Shown: positions 51,803-62,789 of the stretch, one piece after another | How the letters are laid out: each line of letters starts with the position of its first letter | Numbering within the stretch: position 1 is the first letter of the stretch | Assembly (NCBI GenBank): GCA_963674865.2 | Contig: CAXXYE010000008.1 | Span: 96,001-160,000, forward strand | Length of the DNA: 64,000 nt | Direction: 5' to 3' | Source of the DNA: Candidatus Hydrogenedentota bacterium | Lineage (GTDB): Bacteria > Hydrogenedentota > Hydrogenedentia > Hydrogenedentales > SLHB01 | The notes under the pieces: generated by a model | Seen by the model: only the letters and a program-made list of their open reading frames with translations | Database searches by the model: none | Told to the model about the DNA's origin: nothing | Translations under genes and position numbers: made by a program

Positions 51803-52515
51803 TTCTGAGCCTCTTTGGCCAGGCGCGTTGCGCCTTGAAGTCGGGCCTCGGCCGAGGAAAGGAAGGCCTCGGGCCGGACCTTGCTGATAGGCTCCTCATC
51901 TATGGAGCCTTCGCGGCCATTCTCGTCGCCATAGCCCACGAAGGATAGCTTGGCGGGGGCACCCGAAAGGCCGTCCAATGTCGCGGCGAACACCATCGAG
52001 GGGATCTTGTCCCGGGCAACGTTCAGTTCGACGCGGCAGACGACCTTGTCTTCAGTGAGGCGCTGCCTTACCTCCGGACTAAGCGTAAAGGCTCTGGTGA
52101 AGACTTGTGCCTTCGTTGTTGCTCCGGATATTGCGTCCGGCAGAGGCTTGTCCTTTGGGGGGTAGTAGCTCTTGCCGTAACGGACGTTGCGCGCGTGAGC
52201 CCACACCGGCAGGCAGCCGGGGACGGAGCGGAGCGTGAAGCCAAACAACCGTATATAGCTGTTTCCGAGTCCCTGGCGTGCTGTAGCGTCCGTCACAAAG
52301 AGAGTCTCGACGTACTTGCCGTGCGTGTCTTCGAGCCAAATGGCCATCTGATAGTAGTCATCACTGAGAGCATTAGGCCCGAATTTGAGGCTCACGTTCA
52401 GCGTCCCCGCCTTCGTACTGTCGGCGGCTAATGCGAAGCCGGCCAAGGCCAATAGGACAAAGCAGGCTCCCACGTATCTCAAGCACATACGGAGTCTCAT
52501 CAGCATGTACCTCAT
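51799..52515 (-). CDS. Exported DUF2271-family protein
   Basis: Signal peptide; QMAIWLED..GKYVETLFVT, LPVWAH, DAISGAT; start uncertain. Confidence 0.7.
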   Translation of the reverse strand: MRYMLMRLRMCLRYVGACFVLLALAGFALAADSTKAGTLNVSLKFGPNALSDDYYQMAIWLEDTHGKYVETLFVTDATARQGLGNSYIRLFGFTLRSVPGCLPVWAHARNVRYGKSYYPPKDKPLPDAISGATTKAQVFTRAFTLSPEVRQRLTEDKVVCRVELNVARDKIPSMVFAATLDGLSGAPAKLSFVGYGDENGREGSIDEEPISKVRPEAFLSSAEARLQGATRLAKEAQK

Positions 52516-52738
52516 CGGCAAACGGCCAATGCCAACCTTCGCGGCATGCCGAACGCCGCCGCTCAGCAACCGGAAAAACTATCGATATGAGACGAAACAA
52601 GAGCAGCAGGGGCTGTTGTTCCCCAAACAGGATCATCAGGTAATTCCTCATGGCTGGTTGTATTGCGCGTCCGCCGTGGTTACACTTCGCGCCACAAACC
52701 CATGCTGCATGCACGTTTCGTGAAAGACTTGGGCTCTG

Positions 52739-53286
52739 TTGTTCTCTCCGAGTTCCTCCACTGGACGTACCATTGCTGGACTGACCCTCTTTCTGTGCCT
52801 CGCTGGTTGCGCGGTGCATCAGGTCGCTCTCAGCCCTCGCCCCACCATTGATGCGCCCCCCGCTTATAGTGTGGAGCCCGAGGTTGGAGGGGCCCCGAGC
52901 GATGCCTGGTGGCTGGCCTTCGACGACGCGAGACTCAACGAACTCATTGAGGCTTCTCTCGAGCAGAACATCACTGTGGCGCAGGCCCTTGAGCCTGCCG
53001 CGCATGGCTCCTTCGCCCCCACGCCAAGGCCATAGCCAGGCCTCAGGTGGAAATGTCGGCGGGTCGGCGCCGCTTCCGCCCGATTCTCCTCACGAGTCTA
53101 ACCACCTTCGTCGGCCTTATGCCCATGATATTCGAGACCTCCAGCCAAGCCCGCTTCCTGGTTCCCATGGCCATTGCCCTCGGATTCGGCACCTTCTTCT
53201 CTGCTCCCGTTGTGATGCTCCTGCCGGCGTGTCTGCGCTCCAACGGATGGACCCGGAGGACTCGTTCTCAACCTGCGGCTAATTGA
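52739..53286 (+). pseudogene. Deleted RND efflux operon scar: 5' fragment of a NodT/OprM-like lipoprotein joined to the 3' fragment of an AcrB-type permease
   Basis: LAGC...WWLAFDDARLNELIEASLEQN, then [20 protein letters not shown]...PMAIALGFG. Confidence 0.8.
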
Positions 53287-53517
53287 CCGGCCGCTTCCCG
53301 TGGGCGCCTTGCCGCCTCCGTAAGGAGCGCCGGCAAGAGCGGCTGTGATAACGCACTCGCTACGGGAGAAGCCTTAACCAACCTCGGGCCAAGGGTTTAG
53401 GGCAAGATTTCGAAAAGGAGTGACTTCCTGATCTGGGATTTGCTACACTGAATGTGGAGATGTGTGTTGGCTGCATCACATCCTCCGCTCACAATGGGAA
53501 GCAGAAGGAGAAGGACA

Positions 53518-54822
53518 ATGAGGTCGACTTACTTGGGGGCAACCTTGATGGCGTTGGCGGTTGTAGGTTTATGGACTGCACCTGCATCCGCAGACGTCCT
53601 GTATGGCGTCGAACGCGTGTCCGGCGACGTCATTCGCATGGATGTGGACCAGAATGCGTTGACGTTCAACGTCGCTATTCTCGGCAACACACAGGACATC
53701 TATGATCCGGTGACTTCCGGCGTGCCGCTCGAGCAGTCGCTGATTTCGTCCAACGGGTTTGCGTACGACGCGGTTCACCATCGGCTCTACTACGGCGTGC
53801 CGCAAGATCCCAGTGACGGCATGAGTCCCAGCACGCTCTACTACCACGCTCTGGACGGCAGCGACACGGACGCGGGCACCAATGTGTTGGCAGGCCCCAT
53901 ATCGGGCAATTCGGCCGACGGTGCATTCTACAACGGCTCTTACTACTACATCGCAAATGGCACCGATGATCTGTATCAGGTGCCGCTGGACCCCGTTGCG
54001 GGCGTCGTGAACGGCGCGGAGATAGTCATTGCCAACATCTCCGGCGCCGCTGACCTTGCCATGGGCTTCGGCGATATCGATATCACCGACGGCGGATTCC
54101 TGTACGGCACTGCCAACACCCGGACCGGTTACAAGTACATCTTCTTCACGCTTGACCTGAATGATGCCAATCCGCCCGACACATACGCCGAGATTCTAAA
54201 AGACACTGACAAGACGCGGCCGCAGTTCGCGCTTGGATGTGAAGGACGGCTCTGGGCCAACGATACGCCGGACGGACAGTTCTACAGCGTTTCTGATAAC
54301 GGCCAGTTGACTCCGGTTTTCGTGGGGCCGTTGCTCAATGACCTTGCCTCGGGCGAGTGTGACATGCCTTGCGAGAACATCACCGTCGTGCCCCTTTGCG
54401 CCGGACAGGACCTGCCGGTTGGCACCGTTACGGTGGCCAATGACGATGCTCAAGTCTGTGTAACCTACGAAGTGCTGGGCGACTGGTACATCGAGGCGAC
54501 CCACCTCTCGATACACACCGACGCCAGTGCCTTCCCGCAGACCAAGTCGGGCAATCCAAAGGTTGGGAAATTCGAGTACGGCGACTGCTTCGAAACGCCC
54601 GTACAAGTGGTACAGTATTGCTTCACCTTCGAAGACCTCGGCATTGGCCTCGACACGGCGATTGTCATTGCGGCGCACGCGGCCGTAGTGAGGATGGAGG
54701 CCGGTGAGGTCGTTTCGGGTGAGACCGCATGGGGCGACGGCTGCGAGGGAACCGGCTTCCCCGGCAAGAGTTGGGCCACCTACTTCACCCACTTGGTGCA
54801 ATGCGGCTACGTGGAGCAGTAG
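53518..54822 (+). CDS. Secreted protein: N-terminal beta-propeller-like region and C-terminal AGQ...PxTKxGNPKxG domain
   Basis: Signal peptide ending ASA; GDIDI repeats; RBS present; TG-extended TACACT -10 at 53444. Confidence 0.7.
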   Translation: MRSTYLGATLMALAVVGLWTAPASADVLYGVERVSGDVIRMDVDQNALTFNVAILGNTQDIYDPVTSGVPLEQSLISSNGFAYDAVHHRLYYGVPQDPSDGMSPSTLYYHALDGSDTDAGTNVLAGPISGNSADGAFYNGSYYYIANGTDDLYQVPLDPVAGVVNGAEIVIANISGAADLAMGFGDIDITDGGFLYGTANTRTGYKYIFFTLDLNDANPPDTYAEILKDTDKTRPQFALGCEGRLWANDTPDGQFYSVSDNGQLTPVFVGPLLNDLASGECDMPCENITVVPLCAGQDLPVGTVTVANDDAQVCVTYEVLGDWYIEATHLSIHTDASAFPQTKSGNPKVGKFEYGDCFETPVQVVQYCFTFEDLGIGLDTAIVIAAHAAVVRMEAGEVVSGETAWGDGCEGTGFPGKSWATYFTHLVQCGYVEQ

Positions 54823-54855
54823 CGTCGCGATAGAAGCATTCTTAAAGCCCTTATG

Positions 54856-54891
54856 GCGGGGCCCCTTCGCGGGTGCCCCGCTTCTTCTTTT
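54856..54891 (+). terminator. Intrinsic terminator
   Basis: GCGGGGCCCC-ttcgc-GGGTGCCCCGC followed by TTCTTCTTTT. Confidence 0.65.
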
Positions 54892-55556
54892 GCTCCCGTA
54901 CCTTTCTCGCGCTTCCCGAGGTTAACCTACCGCATTTGTTGTCTGCACGCGTCCGGACACAACGTCTGACAACGGCGAACACAGTTCAACGCGGCTTGCC
55001 GATGCGCGATGCCTTTCTTCTGCTTCCTGTTATAACGGTTGACGCCCCATAGGTGATTCTGGTCAAATGCTGTCTAACAGCCGTGGTTAATACAATTGTA
55101 GTGGAGAGGCCGTATCTCCGTACTTCTCTGGTCTTGTTCTTCTTAAGGAGGCGGCCGTTGGTTTCGGCAAAGTTGAGCGAGTCCGGACATTGGCGTTGCC
55201 TGCCGCGCCACCTGGCTCAACGCGGTAGGAACTTGAGGCCGCTTTCGTCAAGTGCGGAGGCGATGGGACAAGCGCCGAAGAACTCAGAGGGCCATTTGCC
55301 TCTAGCTAAATGCTGATCCTCCACGGCGGATGATGCGGCGGTTCCTTATGGTACCGTAGTTGAAGCCGGGCGATTGAGGGAGAGCGGGGCGGGGAAGGAA
55401 GACCGGAAACGACAGCAGAAGGAGGAGGAACACGGCACGTGGCACCGACGCCGGTGGCGATGAAGTCCGGTTCATTTGAGCAGTCCATCAGAGTGGTCAA
55501 AGTCGTTGAAGATCCTTAGTGAATACCGTTTTGCTGCCCCAACATGGAGATAAGTG

Positions 55557-58500
55557 ATGCAGGATATGCTGCGCCTTGTGCTTGATACCTCACCCAACTG
55601 CGTGTTCGTCAAGGACGGCCAGGGGCGGTATGTGCTTGTCAACCGAGCCATCGCGGACCTGTACGCTACCTCGCGGGAGAGCATGATCGGACATACGGAC
55701 GAGGAACTCCTGAGCGCAAGCCAGGAAGATGCCCGGCGTTTCGTCCGCGATGACCGCAGAGTGCTCGATACCGAACAGGAAGTGGTGATCCCCAAAGAGC
55801 GGTTTCTTCTTCCGAACGGCTCGGTGAAGTGGTTTCGCACCGTCAAGACGCCCATAGTCCTTCCCTCGGGCGCGACCTGTGTCCTGGGCATTGCGGTGGA
55901 TATCACGACGCAGACGGAAACAGAAGAAGCCTTACGCGAGCGCCAGCGCATGCTCGATCAGACGGGGGCCATGGCTCGCATAGGCGGATGGGAATACGAT
56001 CTGGAGACCGGGAAAGCCGTATGGACCCGCGCCCTCTATGACATCATGGAACTCGACTACAATGCCTCGCCGCCCGGACTCGATGAACACCTGCTCCATT
56101 ACCCTCCCGCCTCAAGGACCGTCCTTGAAGAGGCCTACCGAGGCGCCGTCAACCAGGGGATCCCTTTCGACCTTGAGTTGGATGTCTATACCGCCAAACG
56201 TGAACCTCTAAGGTGCCGTGTCTATGGCGAGCCGGCGTTCCAGAACGACAATTGCGTCAGGCTGAGGGGGACTATCCAGGATATCTCCGCCCGTAAGGGC
56301 GCGGAAGACGCGTTGCGCGAGAGCGAAGAGAAGTACCGGCTCCTTGCGGAGAACACCCTCGACTGCATCTGGGTGATGAACATGGAGTTTGTGTTCACCT
56401 ACGTCAACCCGGCCGTCAAGCAGATGATGGGATATACCGTGGAAGAGTGGCAGGGGAGCAGGCTTACGGACCATTGCGACCCAGAGCACTTTGCCCAAGT
56501 GCATGAATACCTCAAGAAGGCCATAAGGAAACTGCCCGATAACTCTCCCATTCTCATTGAAACAGAGATGATCGGGAAGGGCGGGCAACCCGTGCCGGTG
56601 GACATTGTGGCCAAGCTTCTCGTCGATGAACGCGGCAAGCCCGTTGCCTTTCAGGCGATGAGCCGCAACATTGCCGAACGGAAACGCGCGGAGAGGGAAC
56701 TGCAGAAGGCTTTGCTCGACACGCAGACCCGCGAGCGGCAGATTGCCATGCTACTCGAGTCGGCGCAGGCCGTTATGGAGTGTCAGACCTGTGAGGAAGC
56801 CCTGCAGCGGGTGTTCGATGCCTGTCGCGAGGCCACAGGGGCATCGTCCGGCTACGTTGCTCTACTTACACCGGATGGCGCGAACAGCGACATGGTTGTT
56901 CTGGACACCGGCGGATGCCCGTGTGGCGTTAATCCCGACCTCGCCATGCCCATTCGCGGCTTGCGAGCGGAGGCCTACAGCCTCCGGGATGCCGTCTACG
57001 AGAACGACTTCCCCAACAGTGAATGGGCGCGTTTCATACCCACGGGCCACACCGCCGTCGATAACATCCTGTTCGCGCCGCTTCTTGTCGATGACAGAGC
57101 CGTTGGCCTGCTCGGTTTGGCCAACAAGCCGGGCGGTTTTGGCCAAGAGGACGCCAGGCTCGCCATGGTCTTTAGCCAACAGGCCGCTATTGCCCTCCGC
57201 AATGCTCGTGACCGCGAAGCCCTTGCCGCAAGCGAGGCCAAGTACCGGAGCTACGTCAATACTTCGCCTGTCGCCATCTTTATCGTGGATCATGACGGCC
57301 ATCACCTTGAGGTCAATGAAGCCGCCTGTACGCTGCTCGGATACGCCTGCGAGGAACTCCTCGCCATGGGAGTCTCCGATGTTGATGTGCCCGACGAAGA
57401 AAGATCCCTCGGCGAGGCGTTCGACCTGTTGAAGCGCAATGGCCGTTTTAGCGGCGAGCAATCGCTCCGACGCAAAGACGGTCAGCCGGTTAGAGTGGCC
57501 CTCGACGCAACCGCTCTCGAAGACGGGCGCTACATGTGGTTCTGCGCGGACATCACTACGCGTGTTTCCCTCGAGGAACAATTGCGCCATGCTCAGAGAA
57601 TGGAGGCTGTCGGGCGTCTGGCGGGAGGGATCGCACATGATTTCAACAACATCCTCCAAACCATCATGGGCTACAGCCAGATGTTGAGCGATGAAATGGA
57701 GGAAGGTACCGACTTTCACGAGTTCGTCCATGAAATCGTGACCGGCGCGGAACGCGCCGCGGCACTGACGCGTCAGTTGCTTGCCTTCAGTAGGCGTCAG
57801 GTGCTGACGCTCGAAGACCTCAACCTGAACGAAGTCATCGAAGCACTAGCGAAGATGCTTGGACGCGTCATAGGCGAGGATGTGCGGTTAAGCTTCATGC
57901 CGGGGCGGGACCTTGGAACGGTGCGCGCCGATCGCGGCCAGATGGAGCAGATCCTGATGAACCTCGCCGTCAACGCACGCGATGCGATGCCCGGAGGCGG
58001 CGTTCTCACCATCGAAACGGAGAATATCATCATTGATACGCCCTACTGCGAGACCCACGCTTGGGCACAGCCGGGCAGGTACGTGCTCCTATCCGTTACC
58101 GATACAGGCTGCGGCATGGACAGCGAGACTATGGCACACGCCTTTGAGCCGTTTTTCACCACGAAGGACACAGGCCAAGGTACCGGCCTAGGCTTGGCTA
58201 CAGTGCACGGCATCGTGAACCAGCACTCCGGCATGATCAATGTCTACAGTGAGGTCGAAAAAGGCACGATGTTCAAGGTTTACCTGCCCTTGGTGAATCG
58301 ACCGGCTCTGACCGTGGGCTCGAAGGTTATCAAACGGGCCTCGGGAGGCACCGAGACCATTCTCCTCGTCGAGGACGATGAGATGGTCCGGCAACTGGGA
58401 AATCGCGTCTTGATGCACGCCGGATACACCGTCTTGAGCGCCGTCGACGGTATGGACGCATTGCGCGTCTTCCGGGAAAACAGCGACCGTATTGACCTCG

Positions 58501-58733
58501 TGCTTCTCGATGTGGTTATGCCTGAACTGAGCGGCCGTGGCGTCTACGATGAACTCCGCAAGACCTATCCCGACCTCAAGTTCCTATTCACGAGTGGCTA
58601 TAGCACCAACGCCATCCACACCGACTTCGTTCTTCAAGAGGGAATTGAGTTTGTACAGAAGCCCTACTCCCCCAACGCTCTCCTGCGCAAAGTCAGGGAG
58701 ATCCTGGACCGAGACGATCAAGCCTCTGAGTGA
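55557..58733 (+). CDS. Hybrid sensor histidine kinase (multiple PAS, GAF, HisKA, HATPase, REC)
   Basis: PAS/PAC motifs; GGIAHDFNN, EPFFTTK, GTGLGL, LLDVVMP. Confidence 0.93.
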   Translation: MQDMLRLVLDTSPNCVFVKDGQGRYVLVNRAIADLYATSRESMIGHTDEELLSASQEDARRFVRDDRRVLDTEQEVVIPKERFLLPNGSVKWFRTVKTPIVLPSGATCVLGIAVDITTQTETEEALRERQRMLDQTGAMARIGGWEYDLETGKAVWTRALYDIMELDYNASPPGLDEHLLHYPPASRTVLEEAYRGAVNQGIPFDLELDVYTAKREPLRCRVYGEPAFQNDNCVRLRGTIQDISARKGAEDALRESEEKYRLLAENTLDCIWVMNMEFVFTYVNPAVKQMMGYTVEEWQGSRLTDHCDPEHFAQVHEYLKKAIRKLPDNSPILIETEMIGKGGQPVPVDIVAKLLVDERGKPVAFQAMSRNIAERKRAERELQKALLDTQTRERQIAMLLESAQAVMECQTCEEALQRVFDACREATGASSGYVALLTPDGANSDMVVLDTGGCPCGVNPDLAMPIRGLRAEAYSLRDAVYENDFPNSEWARFIPTGHTAVDNILFAPLLVDDRAVGLLGLANKPGGFGQEDARLAMVFSQQAAIALRNARDREALAASEAKYRSYVNTSPVAIFIVDHDGHHLEVNEAACTLLGYACEELLAMGVSDVDVPDEERSLGEAFDLLKRNGRFSGEQSLRRKDGQPVRVALDATALEDGRYMWFCADITTRVSLEEQLRHAQRMEAVGRLAGGIAHDFNNILQTIMGYSQMLSDEMEEGTDFHEFVHEIVTGAERAAALTRQLLAFSRRQVLTLEDLNLNEVIEALAKMLGRVIGEDVRLSFMPGRDLGTVRADRGQMEQILMNLAVNARDAMPGGGVLTIETENIIIDTPYCETHAWAQPGRYVLLSVTDTGCGMDSETMAHAFEPFFTTKDTGQGTGLGLATVHGIVNQHSGMINVYSEVEKGTMFKVYLPLVNRPALTVGSKVIKRASGGTETILLVEDDEMVRQLGNRVLMHAGYTVLSAVDGMDALRVFRENSDRIDLVLLDVVMPELSGRGVYDELRKTYPDLKFLFTSGYSTNAIHTDFVLQEGIEFVQKPYSPNALLRKVREILDRDDQASE

Positions 58734-58866
58734 GGCGGGCGACCCGCGGCGACAGGCCTTGCTAGTAGCTGAAAGGAGGGTAGGTGTGCTCCGCTAAACT
58801 ATTGTATAACAATGACTTCGGCCCTCCTCCGGGGAGGGGCGAGCCTGCGCCAACGCAAAGGAGTGC

Positions 58867-58895
58867 TTGCAGGAATCCCCTAGTCTCCCTATACT
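58867..58895 (+). promoter_or_regulatory. Sigma70-like promoter of the H-NOX operon
   Basis: TTGCAG-N17-TATACT. Confidence 0.55.
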
Positions 58896-59009
58896 GATAG
58901 ATGTCCGGTCATTTCCCGGGAGAACAACGGGATGGCGCCAAGGTGGGCGCCGGTGCCGCGAAGTTGTGTGGTCGTGCGGCGTCCGGCGTGAGGACTAGGG
59001 GAGGGCGCG

Positions 59010-59555
59010 GTGAAGGGCATCATAAACAAGGGGATTCAGGAGTTCATTGAGTCGACGCACGGCGAGGCCGTGTGGAATGCCGTGAAGGAAAGGGCAGGTT
59101 GTGAGGAGGTGCCCTTCTTCGCTGTGGGGCAAGACTATCCCGACGCAATGAGCGTTGCGCTGATCCAGGCGGCTGCGGAAACGCTCGGCGTCCCCGTCGA
59201 GACGGCAATGCTTGAGTGTGGGAAATTCATGGTGCCGAACACCGTGAAGAGAAACTACCCAAGCTACATTGCCCTCGCCGGGTCGTCGGCCCGCGAGTTC
59301 CTCCTCAACATGACGCGCATCCACCGGCAAGTGACGCGGAGCATCGCAAACGCCGCGCCGCCCAACTTCGAGTACGAGGAACTCGAAGACGGCCGTCTGA
59401 TAATGCACTACCAGTCGGAGCGGCGCCTGTGTGCCGTACTTCATGGCCTCATCCTGGGCGTCGGCGTCCTTTTCGGCGAGGACCTTGAGGTCGAGGAAGT
59501 CAACTGCGTCCTTCGAGGCGATGCGCGCTGCAGTATGGCGGTTACGTTCCCATGA
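59010..59555 (+). CDS. Heme NO-binding (H-NOX/HNOB) protein
   Basis: (M)KGII N-terminus, proximal His (RIH), PP.F, YxSxR (YQSER), C-terminal Cys pair. Confidence 0.9.
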   Translation: MKGIINKGIQEFIESTHGEAVWNAVKERAGCEEVPFFAVGQDYPDAMSVALIQAAAETLGVPVETAMLECGKFMVPNTVKRNYPSYIALAGSSAREFLLNMTRIHRQVTRSIANAAPPNFEYEELEDGRLIMHYQSERRLCAVLHGLILGVGVLFGEDLEVEEVNCVLRGDARCSMAVTFP

Positions 59556-62500
59556 GCGGCGGCGCGATTCACGTGCCGTTGGAGTCGCTCGGAAAGTTGG
59601 CTCCGTTTGTCTTGCTGGCCCATCCCGACGACGGGATTAATTGGGCAAACGAGGCCCTCGCAGGCCGTATCACCGATATCGTCGGGCGCCCGATCGGCGA
59701 TATTCTTGCACGACGAGACGGCGAGGAAGGCGCGGCTTGGGCCCTCAACGCCGTGGAGCCCGGCTTGCCGTATAAGCTCTCCCTGCTCGCGCCGAAACGG
59801 CCCTTGCCCGTCGTTGCAAGGTGTTTCCCAACAGGCCACGAGTGGCTGATTCTCGCCTCGCCCGATCCCGCCGACAGCGAGGATCTCGCCCTCTTCGATT
59901 TCGATGATTTCCCTGAGGACAGCCACACGCTCGACGTGATAGCTATGCGCGACGAAATGCGCGCGTCTCTCGAGGAAGCCGGCCGTGCGGCCGACGCCTT
60001 GGTTCGCCAGAAGCAGCAAGTTCAAGCGGCTCAACGGCAATTAGAGGCCATTTTTCAGAGTTCGCTCGTAGGCGTGATGGTTCTGGAGAACCGAATCATC
60101 AAGAAGCTGAACCGCCGCATGGCGGATATCCTCGGCTATGAGCCCGAAGACCTCCTCGATAAAGGGCCCCAACAACTGCACCTTTCCCCGGAGAACTTTG
60201 AAGAGTTCGGCCGCGAATACTACTGGAGACTTGCCGAGAAGCAGTTTGTGCAGGTCGAATACCCATTGCGCCACAGGGATGGACACACCGTCTGGTGCCA
60301 GTTCAACGGCAAGGCCATCGACCCTCCCGACCTGTCCAAAGGAGCGGTATGGGTCATCGACGACATCTCCGAGCGTAGAAGGGCGCAAGAAGCGCTGCGT
60401 GAGAGTGAAGAGCGCCTGCGTACCATTCTCGAGGCGATTCAGACGGGACTCGTCATTGTCGACGCCGAAAGCCACGCAATCATCGACGTTAATCCAGCCG
60501 CGTGCATAATGATCGGCGCGCCCCGGAACCGTATCCTGGGACACGTCTGCCACCAGTTCATCTGCCCCGCGGAAGTGGGCAAATGCCCTGTCACGGACCT
60601 CGGGCAGACTGTTGAAAACGCGGAGCGTGTCTTACGCAGAGTGGACGGCACGGAGTTGCCCGTCCTTAAGACCGTCTCTCGCATTAACATTGGCGGACGA
60701 GACTGCGTTCTCGATTGCTTCGTCGACCTCGCCATTCAGAAGCGGATGGAGGAAGAACTCCGAATTGCCAAAGAGGAGGCCGAGGCCGCTGGCCGGGCCA
60801 AAGCGGACTTTCTCGCCAACATGAGCCACGAGATCCGCACACCCATGAACGGCGTGGTCGGCATGACCGAATTGCTTCTTGGAACCACACTCACTGAAGA
60901 GCAGCGCGAATTCGCGACCACCATCGAGAAGAGCGCCGAGGCGCTCCTGACCATCATCAACGATATCCTCGATTTCTCCAAGATCGACGCCGGCAAGCTC
61001 GAACTCGAAACCCTTGAATTCGACCTGAGAACGACCCTGGAAGATGCCAATGATCTCTTGGCCTTGAGGGCCCAAGACAAGGGCCTAGAATACGCATGCC
61101 TTATCGAGCCCGACTTGCCCGTGTTGCTTGTGGGCGATCCCGGACGCCTTCGCCAAGTGATTACAAACCTCGCCGGCAACGCCGTCAAATTCACGCAAGA
61201 GGGTGAGATCGTCCTCAGCGTTGAGCTGCTTAGCGAAACCGAGGGCGAGGTCAAAGTGCGTTTTGCCGTGAAGGATACCGGCGTCGGCATCCCTCAGGAC
61301 CGCCTCGATATACTCTTTGAGGCCTTCAGCCAAGCCGACACCTCCATTTCACGTCAATACGGCGGAACGGGCTTGGGCCTTGCCATATCCAAGAGTCTTG
61401 CCGAAATGATGGGCGGGGAGATCGGCGTCGAAAGCGAGGAAGGCAAGGGCTCCACTTTCTGGTTCACGGCCGCCTTCAGTAAGCAAGCTCCTGACGCCGC
61501 GTCTGCTGCCCCGTTGGCCGATCAGATTGACGTCTCCCTCAAGGACGGGCGAATCCTGCTTGTGGATGATAACGAAACCAACCGACTTGTCGTGAAGCGG
61601 CAGCTCGAATCTTGGGCCATCGAATACGCAGAGGCCGACGCGGGAGAGGCGGCCCTCGCCGCCTTGCGCGCGGCTCTGAATGACGGAAAGCCCTTCACTA
61701 TCGCGTTGCTTGATATGCAGATGCCGCGCATGGACGGTGAAACCTTGGGAAGGCGCATCAAGGAAGACAAGCATCTAAAGGACGTCGCCCTGATCATGAT
61801 GACATCTGTCGGCCGCCGCGGCGATGCCAAACGACTGAAGGACGTCGGTTTTGCTGCCTATTTAACCAAACCCGTGAAGCAATCCCAACTACTTGATTGC
61901 CTTGCCACTGTCGCCGGCGCCGCGGGAGGTGCAACTGAAAACAAAGGCAGCGCGCCGATCATCACGCGGCATACGCTGGCCGAAAGCAAACGCCGTGCGA
62001 TCCGCATCCTGCTCGCGGAAGACAACCCCACCAACCAGGCCGTTGCCATCGGGCTCCTCAAGAGAATAGGCTATCAGGTTGATGCTGTCGGAAACGGCAA
62101 GGATGCCGTCAAGGCCCTCGAAACACTTCCCTATGACCTAGTCTTGATGGATGTTCAGATGCCCACTATGGACGGCTTCGAGGCCACCCGCCTTATACGC
62201 TCCGGCACCGTCGATCTGCGCAATCCCAACGTGCCGATCATTGCGATGACCGCCCATGCCATGCGAGGTGACAGGGAGAAGTGCCTGGAGGCCGGTATGG
62301 ACGACTACGTATCCAAGCCCATTCGGCCCGCGGAGATCGCCGAAGCGGTTGAACGCCAACTCACCAAGGGAGATGCAAGACAAATGAAGTCCGAGGCCCA
62401 GCCATCTGATGCGCTCAACGAACTGCCGGTCTTCGACAAGGAGTCCCTCATCGAGAAGGTGGGCGACGACCCCGAACTGGTGGCGGTGATCATCGAAACC

Positions 62501-62749
62501 TTCGTAACCGACGCCGGCTCCCAGATCGAGGCGCTCGAAGCGCTTCTTCGAGATGCAGACGCGCAAGGATTTGCCGCCCAGGCCCATTCGCTCAAAGGGG
62601 CCGCGGGCAATGTCGGGGCGCAGCGCGTCTACAAGCTGAGTCTGGACCTCGAAATGGCGGGCAAGGAAGAGCGCCTGGAGGGGGCGCATGATATACTGGC
62701 GACGTTGAAGGAGAAGTTCCAGGAGTTCACACAAGCCATTGCCACATAG
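59552..62749 (+). CDS. Hybrid histidine kinase: HNOBA-like N-terminus, PAS-PAS-HisKA-HATPase-REC-REC-HPt
   Basis: [22 protein letters not shown], two DxQMP receivers, AHSLKG HPt; ATGA-coupled to the H-NOX gene. Confidence 0.93.
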   Translation: MSGGAIHVPLESLGKLAPFVLLAHPDDGINWANEALAGRITDIVGRPIGDILARRDGEEGAAWALNAVEPGLPYKLSLLAPKRPLPVVARCFPTGHEWLILASPDPADSEDLALFDFDDFPEDSHTLDVIAMRDEMRASLEEAGRAADALVRQKQQVQAAQRQLEAIFQSSLVGVMVLENRIIKKLNRRMADILGYEPEDLLDKGPQQLHLSPENFEEFGREYYWRLAEKQFVQVEYPLRHRDGHTVWCQFNGKAIDPPDLSKGAVWVIDDISERRRAQEALRESEERLRTILEAIQTGLVIVDAESHAIIDVNPAACIMIGAPRNRILGHVCHQFICPAEVGKCPVTDLGQTVENAERVLRRVDGTELPVLKTVSRINIGGRDCVLDCFVDLAIQKRMEEELRIAKEEAEAAGRAKADFLANMSHEIRTPMNGVVGMTELLLGTTLTEEQREFATTIEKSAEALLTIINDILDFSKIDAGKLELETLEFDLRTTLEDANDLLALRAQDKGLEYACLIEPDLPVLLVGDPGRLRQVITNLAGNAVKFTQEGEIVLSVELLSETEGEVKVRFAVKDTGVGIPQDRLDILFEAFSQADTSISRQYGGTGLGLAISKSLAEMMGGEIGVESEEGKGSTFWFTAAFSKQAPDAASAAPLADQIDVSLKDGRILLVDDNETNRLVVKRQLESWAIEYAEADAGEAALAALRAALNDGKPFTIALLDMQMPRMDGETLGRRIKEDKHLKDVALIMMTSVGRRGDAKRLKDVGFAAYLTKPVKQSQLLDCLATVAGAAGGATENKGSAPIITRHTLAESKRRAIRILLAEDNPTNQAVAIGLLKRIGYQVDAVGNGKDAVKALETLPYDLVLMDVQMPTMDGFEATRLIRSGTVDLRNPNVPIIAMTAHAMRGDREKCLEAGMDDYVSKPIRPAEIAEAVERQLTKGDARQMKSEAQPSDALNELPVFDKESLIEKVGDDPELVAVIIETFVTDAGSQIEALEALLRDADAQGFAAQAHSLKGAAGNVGAQRVYKLSLDLEMAGKEERLEGAHDILATLKEKFQEFTQAIAT

Positions 62750-62789
62750 CTCGTGCCCGTCTCGAAAATGCGCCGATAGGAGACATATA

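Noticed and set aside
54900..55550. Small ORFs or ncRNA in the gap before the PAS kinase
   Set aside because: No RBS-supported ORF with typical composition and no recognisable RNA motif; left unannotated
58840..58880. c-di-GMP-I riboswitch upstream of the H-NOX operon (ACGCAAAG); also GGCAAG..CGAAA at 53401
   Set aside because: The paired GGCAAA/GNRA stem architecture is missing
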